From Folioceros fuciformis (Eukaryota): a stretch of DNA of 44,544 bases. Under the pieces are notes generated by a model. That model ran no database searches. It was given only the letters and a program-made list of their open reading frames with translations, and was not told where the DNA came from. The number at the start of each line of letters is the position of its first letter. Positions within the stretch are counted from its first letter, which is position 1. Shown here piece after piece: positions 20,085 to 28,159 of this stretch. The DNA is taken from positions 75,048 through 119,591 of the forward strand of contig JBNGIO010006232.1 of NCBI GenBank assembly GCA_049999805.1, in the 5' to 3' direction. The translations under genes were made by a program, and so were the position numbers.

Positions 20085-23000
20085 ATGGCCACTGCATGGA
20101 AATCGGACCCTTCGTGGATCCAACGAATTGCGAATGGTGTGTGTACAGAAATTGCACCAGGAGATCCCGGCTCAGGGAGTCAGACCATGCCTCTGGCAAA
20201 CAAAGCCTTCAGGTGCAGCAGTGTAAGTAGACCAGCACATCCCTTTCTGAAGACGTGCATGGGTAGGGACGGAATTTGCCAGGAGCAGGAGCACTTGTGG
20301 CAACAATTTTTTCTGGACCCGACTCTGTGGTGGGACAACAGACGAGATAAGAAGAGCTCCCGTGCGCCTGACTTCCGGCGTAAGAAGACCGGCGAGGTGC
20401 TGTGGTTAAACAGCGTTTTTAAGCCAGCTTGGGTTGATGAGCAGCTCATGTCCATGGATATGCAGATGGGACGCTGTACATCGCCGTCAGAGTGCGGGTC
20501 ACCGGATAGGGCTGGAATTGGGAGGGGTGGAACAGCAGAAATGGATGTCGTTACGGCCCTAAACGTGAGCACTTTCTGTGAGCAGGGGAAGCTTTCTGAG
20601 GCCGTTGGAGCTCTGGAATCTCTGGTGCGGACGGACTCTGTGATTTCCGACTCTCTGTTTTGCACTGTGCTGAGACTGTGTACAGCTAAGAAGGATTTGG
20701 TTGTGGGACGACGCGTTCATGATCTGTGTGTCGAATTTGGATACGAGTCTAATACGTACTTGGGGAACCATGTCTTGCGCATGTATGCATGTGGAGGGAG
20801 GCTACAAGAGGCCATGCATGTGTTCACCAGGGTAGGGAATCCAGATGTTATCACTTGGGGTTCCATTATCTCTGCATATGCTAAACATGGGAAACCCAAC
20901 GAAGCCATACAACTGTACCATGAGATGCGTAAGTCAGGAGTGAAGCCGAATGGGCACGTCTTTGTAGCTGCTCTTCAAGCCTGTGCATTTGGCGCCGACT
21001 TGGAGTCTGGCAGAAAAGTGCACTCTGATGTTTTGCACAGTGGCATTCCTTCTAACCCGTTTGTTGGCAACTGCCTGGTGGACATGTATGCGAAATGCGG
21101 TGGAATGGGATATGCCCGGCAGGTTTTTGATAGCATGGCCGTAAAGGATGTGGTGACATGGAATGCTCTGATATCTGGGTATGCAAAATGTGGTGAACTG
21201 AAAGATGCACGCCAGGCCTTCGACAGCATGGCCATGAAGGATGTGGTGACGTGGAATGCTCTGATAGCTGGATACGTCGAGCAAGGGCTCGGACATGAGG
21301 CACTTGTTCTGTATGAACAAATGGAGCAGGATGGGCTTATTTTGGCTAATCATGTCACTTTTGCTTGCCTTCTGAATGCCTGTGCCAGCACGGGTGCCTT
21401 ACTGAAGGGCAAACAGCTGCACTCAAAGATTGTAGAAAGAAGACTGCAGGGCAATATACTGGTGGACAACTGCCTGGTAAACATGTATGCAAAGTGTGGT
21501 GAACTTGAAGTTGCACGCCAGTTTTTTGACAGCTTGGCCACAAAGGATGTGGTGACGTGGACGTCTTTAATTGCTGGGTATGCACATCAAGGACTGGGCC
21601 AAGAGGCGCTTGTTCTATATGGACGAATGGAGCAAGGAGGCCTCATTTTGGCTAACCGTGTCACTTTTGCTTGCCTACTGAAGGCCTGTGGAAGCATTGG
21701 TGCCTTGCAGAAAGGCAAGCAGCTTCACTCACAGATTTTGAAAAGCGGGCTACTGGATGACGTAGTGTTGCGCACCTGCCTGGTGGACATGTATGCAAAA
21801 TGTGGTGAACTAGAAGATGCACGCCAGGTCTTCGACAGCATGGCTACAAAGGATTTGGCGACATGGAATGCCCTGATATCTGGGTATGCCAAATGTGGTG
21901 AAATGCACAATGCACGCCAGGTTTTTGACAGCATGGCCACAAAGGATGTGGTGACATGGACGGCACTGATAGCTGGGTATGCCCAGCAAGGACCTGGCGA
22001 AGAGGCACTGATTGTGTATGAACGAATGGAGCAAGAAGGCGTGATTTTAGCTAACCACGTTACTTTCGCTTGCCTTCTCAATGCCTGTGCAAGTACTGGT
22101 GCCTTACAGAAGGGCAGACAGCTGCACTCTCAAATTGTCGAAAGAGGACTGCTGGATAACGTACTGCTGGGCAACTGCTTGGTGGACATGTATGCCAAAT
22201 GTGGTGAACTGGAAGACGCACGCCAGGTTTTCGAGAGCATGAACGTAAAGAACGTGGTGACATGGAATGCCCTGATATCTGGGTATGGTACTTGTGACGA
22301 AGGTCACCTGGCATTAGCTTGCTTTGAGGAGATGTTACTTGCAGGTACGCAGCCTAATGACGCCACCTTTACTTGCCTTTTGGTAGCATGCAGTCATGGG
22401 GGACTTGTCGAAGATGGTCGCAAGCATTTCGATTCCATGGCTAAACAGCACGGCATCAGACCTAGTATTGAGCACTACGTTTGCATGACTGATCTTCTTG
22501 GGCGTGCCGGCCACTTAGATGAGGCGGAGAAGATTCTATCATCATGTGAGGGCCAAAGCAATGTTGTGGGCTTGCGGTCTTTGTTAAATGCCTGCAAAAA
22601 CCACGGGGATGTCGAGAGGGCCAGGAGGTGTTTTGAAAGCATTGTTAGGCTGGACCCCCAGGATGCCCCCGGGTATGTGCTCATGGCCAACGTCTATGCA
22701 GATGCAGGTAGGTGGACCGACGTAGACAGGATTGAAACGCAGAGAAGGGCAGCAGGAGCTAACAAGAAACCTGCAATGGCGACCATTGAGGTAAACAAGC
22801 AGGTACATAGATTTCTGGTGGGAGAAAGGAGGGAGGATATTGCACTTCAGGCAGAGAGCACGAACGCACGTATGAAGCAGGAAGGAGGACACGTTCCTCA
22901 CACAAAGTTGGTGCTGAAGCCAGTGTGTGAGAAGGAAAAGGAAGATGCGCTCTGTGGGCATGCTGAGAAGCTAGCTCTGGCATTTGGTCTCTTGAACACT

Positions 23001-23168
23001 CCGAATGGAACACCTCTAGTAGTAACTAAGAATTTACGCATGTGCAGTGACTGCCACAGTTCCACTGTGATCATGTCGAGGGTGGAACAGAGAGACATTG
23101 TCGTAAGAGATGCTTACAGGGTGCATCGATTCGCAGCGGGTTGCTGCAGTTGTAATGGTCGACCGTGA
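20085..23168 (+). CDS. PLS-class PPR protein with E1/E2 and DYW:KP (GRP-type) domain, putative organellar U-to-C RNA editing factor, with N-terminal PDF motif
   Basis: About 20 P/L/S/SS motifs. KP box KPAMATIEV, zinc site HAEKLA...CSDCH, C-terminus CCSCNGRP*. Single 1027-aa ORF. Confidence 0.95.
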   Translation: MATAWKSDPSWIQRIANGVCTEIAPGDPGSGSQTMPLANKAFRCSSVSRPAHPFLKTCMGRDGICQEQEHLWQQFFLDPTLWWDNRRDKKSSRAPDFRRKKTGEVLWLNSVFKPAWVDEQLMSMDMQMGRCTSPSECGSPDRAGIGRGGTAEMDVVTALNVSTFCEQGKLSEAVGALESLVRTDSVISDSLFCTVLRLCTAKKDLVVGRRVHDLCVEFGYESNTYLGNHVLRMYACGGRLQEAMHVFTRVGNPDVITWGSIISAYAKHGKPNEAIQLYHEMRKSGVKPNGHVFVAALQACAFGADLESGRKVHSDVLHSGIPSNPFVGNCLVDMYAKCGGMGYARQVFDSMAVKDVVTWNALISGYAKCGELKDARQAFDSMAMKDVVTWNALIAGYVEQGLGHEALVLYEQMEQDGLILANHVTFACLLNACASTGALLKGKQLHSKIVERRLQGNILVDNCLVNMYAKCGELEVARQFFDSLATKDVVTWTSLIAGYAHQGLGQEALVLYGRMEQGGLILANRVTFACLLKACGSIGALQKGKQLHSQILKSGLLDDVVLRTCLVDMYAKCGELEDARQVFDSMATKDLATWNALISGYAKCGEMHNARQVFDSMATKDVVTWTALIAGYAQQGPGEEALIVYERMEQEGVILANHVTFACLLNACASTGALQKGRQLHSQIVERGLLDNVLLGNCLVDMYAKCGELEDARQVFESMNVKNVVTWNALISGYGTCDEGHLALACFEEMLLAGTQPNDATFTCLLVACSHGGLVEDGRKHFDSMAKQHGIRPSIEHYVCMTDLLGRAGHLDEAEKILSSCEGQSNVVGLRSLLNACKNHGDVERARRCFESIVRLDPQDAPGYVLMANVYADAGRWTDVDRIETQRRAAGANKKPAMATIEVNKQVHRFLVGERREDIALQAESTNARMKQEGGHVPHTKLVLKPVCEKEKEDALCGHAEKLALAFGLLNTPNGTPLVVTKNLRMCSDCHSSTVIMSRVEQRDIVVRDAYRVHRFAAGCCSCNGRP

Positions 23169-24697
23169 GAACAATGAAGTAGCCAGCGGTCAAGAGTGGA
23201 CGATAGAGGACTGTACCTACGGAGTGGATGTGCTTGCTTCAGTCCATCCCTGTCCGAACTGAGACATGGACGGGGATCGGTGACCTCGCCATTGCCGCCA
23301 CCATCCCCCGATCGAGCCACTTCGAGGTGATTTGATTTTAGCTAAGGTGAGCTGAGTTCTGGTGAGCGAACCTGAGTTAAGCTGATCTCATCATGTTACT
23401 GAACACCGTAGAGTATTGTGGTGTGGCAGGTACAGGAGCGCAGGCTCACTCCGGAGCTATGGCCGACGGGCTATCGTGGATCGACACGACGCTGGCAGGG
23501 AGGGTGCCCTTAGTTGCCACTTGAGACAGATGTGTAGAGCTTTTGGTGCTGTCCGGCACTACTCTCCGGGGTTGGCGAACCCTATCCTGCCCGATTGCCC
23601 CGCTGCCTTCTCTTCAACTGAACTCAGGTTTTACGAATCCTTCCCTGCTTGAGTTCCTTGCTGCCCTCAGAGCTATCCCGCTCCAGTGCAATCAGCTGCA
23701 GCGTGAACCTGGCGGAGAGATCGTCGTCAGGTGGTACACTTATGTCTCAACTACGGTATGCAACTCGCTTAACTAGAGAGTTACGTGGTGTTTCTCAGTG
23801 CGTGAGTTGGTGTCAACCTTCAAAGGGCCCAGGGCTCGCAATGTTAGCAATGCGAAGAAGGCGACTCTGTACGCTTTAGCTCCCGACACTCACAGAGGAG
23901 ACCTTCTTGCAAGGTTTGAAATGTCGGCATCATGGTCATCTGCTGGACAACTTGTGAGAATGTAGGGAAAATCAATGTGATATTCCAACCAAGGACTCTG
24001 CCTACAAACCAAGTGTATAGAAGCCTGATGTTTGTTGGCATCCACCCTATACCCCTGGAGCAAGCAGATAAACAGATGTTATTGCAAGGGCTCCACTTGT
24101 GAAGGTCAATTTTGAGTCCGACAGTGACACATACTATGATATGACAATGTTTCGTCCTGCCAACTTGCACAGAAAAGCTTCCGTCACTCTCGTGGAAAAG
24201 CAGGTCCGCGAGTGGAAAGGCGGGGGTCCCAGTACGGCCTGTCGAGCACGCATCGAGTGGACGAAGAGAGCGGGAAAGGAACGGAACAGACGAGAGCCTT
24301 ATATCAGAGTTCGGTAACGAGCCCGCCCGGGGATAACGCAGACAGGGCTCCCAGACTACTAGACAGCATGCGCGACTGAGATGGGGAAGAGGCACTCTGA
24401 AGGGTGCCGACGAGTATCGTTGTGTCCGCTCTTTGAATCTACCGGGGTAATCTCATGATCTTGTGGACTCCTCAACCCTAAACTCTATGTGGCTAAGTGG
24501 ACAACAAGGGTTAGGTGCAGATAGAACGTGCCCACCGGCTGGCGTGCAAGCACACGCCTTTCATAATCCTCTGTTCATGTAGTAGAGCTGTTCCGGGCCC
24601 AATACTCACAGCCCAATAGAGGGAGCGGGTTGTGAGATCATTACAACAAAAAAGAACTTGACCACGAGCACGGTCAAGAACATGGCTCACATGTGTG

Positions 24698-26558
24698 TCA
24701 GCTTGTGATTGATGATTGATCCACCACAGCCAAGACGGACAGCAGTAGACTCGTTTTCTGAATAGCTTTAGGAAGCTCCTGCATGACCTGTGACGCGAAA
24801 TTGACCACAACACATGAGGACCTTCAACTCCTGGTTGTGTGTGTACTTTCAGAGCTTGAGAGCTATCACGCACAACCATCACCTGTTCCAAGTCTGCTTC
24901 GTTGGAGATTAGCTTGCCTGCTTTGTTGCACGCTAAGATAAGAACCCTCAACGGATCAGCAGCCTCCTGGAAACCGTTCATCGGCCGATTATTTTCAATC
25001 TGAGTACTTGGATACGAGCATTGCGATGCTGGGAAAAGCAACGAACCTGCGGATAATCACGGTAGAAGCTAACAGCCTTAGCCGATCGTACCATCGACAG
25101 GTCGTTAAGGGCCTTGGAGCCAACTCTCATTCCTGCCAGGTCGAGACAAACCTTCAGTCGCAAGCGGCAATTTTACGGACATGAGACCTGTGTCCGGGGA
25201 AAGAAAAGGAGAGAAGGAAAAAGAGAGAAGGAAAAAGGTACCTGTGGTTAGGTGTGCAATCTGCAAAGAGAAAACATGAGCCAGTAAACGGAGGCAAGCT
25301 TCTTTGCCTTCATCTCCCTTACCGGAAGCTAGTTTCCCAAGTCTTTGAATGTACTGCATCAACGCCACATCCCTCAGCAGACTGTAACAGGGTTGAAAAC
25401 GTGGACGGAAGCATCTGTGTTACCTTTGCATAAGAAACAGTTTGGGTAGTAGGTTCTGAAGGCCCAGCGGTGGATGATTCCTCATAAAGTCTTCTCAGGT
25501 CCACTGCAATAGCCTGAAGGGAGCACATATTTAGCCGCCCTCGTTGAAGCAGTGTCTACCATAGCACAATGAAATACGCATGCCGAGGAGCGGAGGCCAA
25601 ACCTCTGCACGCTGGAGACCCAAGGCATTGCTGAAGACGCAGACAGCTTGGACTGCACCATCTGCTTCTTCCCTTGGAACTTGATTGATAGTCTCTATCA
25701 CACCCTCCAGTGCCTCGTGAACTGCATGCTAAAATACCGCCAGAAAAAGTCTAAGACCTGATCTCTTCTATGCAGGCTCCTTTAGCCTCGCCCAAGGTTC
25801 AGGAACAAGTGTGCTAACCTGATCAACCAGGTACTGTGCATAGCGATTGACACCAAAAACCCACTTCTCAAAAGGCGGCAGCGGTTGTGCTTGCACAACG
25901 GAGATTTCTCCCTGCTCACTAGAAACCAGTCAGCAAAGAGTCGGACAAACGACTGCCACAATAATCCAATCAAGCTGGAGAGATGGCACGTCTACCTTGC
26001 TTTCAAGAAGCTGAATCCGTCGAACAAGCTGCTCGTAGAAGGGGGCATTGTAGTCCGACGAATCAAAACCAGAACTGAATGTCTTCAGCTTCAGATTCTC
26101 CAAATCCGCTTCCGTCTGATTCTCATCACCCCAGGACTCCACACGCACAAAGTCCACCTTCCCCTTAGCTGCCACTTGAGGATCGATATTCAGCTTCCGG
26201 TGCTGTTCAGCGTTGCTCTCCTGCATCCCACTGCACACATTAAGGCATTGACAGGTCCGAGAACCCCGTCCCACCAGCACCGGCGGCATCCACGTTCCCG
26301 AACATCGTCACCACGCACCTTCTCCACCGAGCTGATCAACTTCTTCATCTCTCTAGACCCTTCCTTCACCACCACGGCCTTCTGCTGCCGCCCGCCCTTC
26401 TTGCCTTTTTTTTCCTCCTTCTCAACATTGCCGAACCCTTTCTTGCTCGAGTCCCCTGCTGCCGTCACAACAACCCTGTGCCGAAACAACGCTCCGGTGC
26501 AAATAGCAGCAGGCTGCACAAAGCCGGGGGCCTTCGTCGCCAAGTAGCAACCTTCCAT
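24698..26558 (-). CDS. Plastid-targeted heme-oxygenase-like protein (about 381 aa), probably non-catalytic; 9 exons (26558-26319, 26220-25996, 25911-25819, 25728-25603, 25513-25424, 25353-25242, 25132-25047, 24966-24883, 24787-24698)
   Basis: Exons join in phase through GT-AG introns. The product shows ordered similarity to plant HO1/HY1: RYAQYLVDQHAVHEALE (cf. GYLRFLVDSKLVYDTLE), GLQRAEAIAVDL (GLERAEKLSTDL), PSEPTTQTVSYAKYI (IPEPTAPGKTYSQYL), LLAHVFSLQIAHLTTGMRVG ([20 protein letters not shown]), VSFYRD (LEFYKW). The N-terminus resembles a transit peptide. Confidence 0.8.
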
Positions 26559-26931
26559 CGGCACGAATCACACCTTCCTCGAAATTCTGCCACAGCAGCA
26601 ATACAGGTAGGAAGAGACTAAGATCTTTTCAGGTTCACATTTTGCCGCCTTCCCGCTCATTGGTTATACGAAAGATGCTGCGGTGTCGCGTGAATTGGAG
26701 GCCGTTGTCAAGTTCATGCCTACGCCCACAGTCTTGCCTTCTCTGTTCCAGGATCAGCGTAGAGGAATTCGACACTTCCTTCCCTCCCTTCTTTCCGGTT
26801 TTCAGCAAAGGACGTCCCCGCCGCTAATGTCTTGCACGTTTCTTGGAATGGGAGCTCGCGGGTTGTGGAGCGTGAAATGTTGCAGGCTGCGTTCCCGGCT
26901 GCCGTGATCTAGGCACGCCGAGGTAGGGAGT

Positions 26932-27861
26932 ATGAGTTATGGAGTAATCGGGAGTTCGACCTCCATGGAGCTGGCTGCAAGCGCAAGGCTCGGTTTCGGA
27001 GGCGAGTCCTTGTGCGGACGGAAGGAGACGTCTTTCTTGTGCGAAGGCAGGAAGCTTGCCTCTCCCGCGTCTCTGCGAGCGTGGTGCGTAGGAGGCGAGA
27101 GGAGGCCCCATTTGCATGACTTGCGTGCTGCAGCGGGGAATGGATGGCACAGGACGGCGAAGGACAGGCTGGCGCATGGGTCCAGGGTTTACCATCGTGT
27201 GGAGGAGGGGGACACACTATTCTCCATCGCCAAGCAGCACAACACGACAATGCGCTCCATCGCCTTGGCCAATGACGTGACCAACATCGACGTACTTCGG
27301 GCGGGGCAGGTGCTGGTTGTGCCCGTGCTGCCGGGAGGGTTCACCAGAGTCTCAGCTGTCATCACGGACTTGGCGGAGCCGGTTGTGTCGCAGGCTGTAG
27401 GGTTTGGAATCGGAGAAGGTGGCGGGAGGGGAGGTTCATTTTTTTTTTTTTTTTGGGTGGCGAGGTTTGCCATCCCCGCGTTTCTGCTGGCCCCGATCTT
27501 GGGGTTCTGCGCGAGGTGCCTGGTGGATAGGATTCTAGCCAGGGCTGAGGACCTGGTTCAGGCGAGACTGTTGGAGGATGCTAGATGGGATATTTACCAC
27601 CGGAACCAGCTGCGGGAATGGAAGGGACGCATGGGGGAATTCAAGGCCGGGGAATTGCCGGCTGATTCTGTTGCATTGGCTCTTGCCAGTAGCAGTGCCA
27701 AGGGGGAGGATGGGATGGAGGAACGCGATCAGGACGATGAGGTGGATCCCTACCAGTCGTATGCCGAACTGGAGTCTTCGTACACCAAGTTTCTCGTGGA
27801 CAGTGGGCTAGCTGAGACCGGTTACAGGCAGCCTGCCTCTGTTCGTGGGAGAGACGGTTGA
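26932..27861 (+). CDS. Single-LysM-domain protein with probable plastid transit peptide and transmembrane helix
   Basis: LysM: YHRVEEGDTLFSIAKQHNTTMRSIALANDVTNIDVLRAGQVLVVP. Hydrophobic segment FWVARFAIPAFLLAPILGFCARCL. C-terminal YAELESSYTKFLVDSGL. A small intron near the poly-T (27439-27454) cannot be excluded. Confidence 0.82.
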   Translation: MSYGVIGSSTSMELAASARLGFGGESLCGRKETSFLCEGRKLASPASLRAWCVGGERRPHLHDLRAAAGNGWHRTAKDRLAHGSRVYHRVEEGDTLFSIAKQHNTTMRSIALANDVTNIDVLRAGQVLVVPVLPGGFTRVSAVITDLAEPVVSQAVGFGIGEGGGRGGSFFFFFWVARFAIPAFLLAPILGFCARCLVDRILARAEDLVQARLLEDARWDIYHRNQLREWKGRMGEFKAGELPADSVALALASSSAKGEDGMEERDQDDEVDPYQSYAELESSYTKFLVDSGLAETGYRQPASVRGRDG

Positions 27862-28159
27862 GCCGCGTGAGGGCATGGAGTGGTAGTCCTAGTACTTCTT
27901 TTATCACCCATAGCAACACTTTCGGGTGTGTAAAATACTTATAGAGACCTTTGTGATGAAACTGGAGGATCCCTCCAGGAAATCTGTTCGCAGTCTGGGA
28001 GGGTTTGTAGGAATGACTCTTAGGAGCATCCTGGTGGGGCAGATGCTGCTGTGACATGCTGCTGGAGGCTGTAGTTAGGAAGACAGTACCGGCTGTGGAA
28101 GTATCGTATACTACCTTTCTGCTGCTGTTAGTTCTTGTCTCACAATTGTTCTTGCATGC

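Noticed and set aside
25885-26547. 220-aa plus-strand ORF
   Set aside because: Antisense to exons 1-3 of the HO-like gene; no independent coding evidence.
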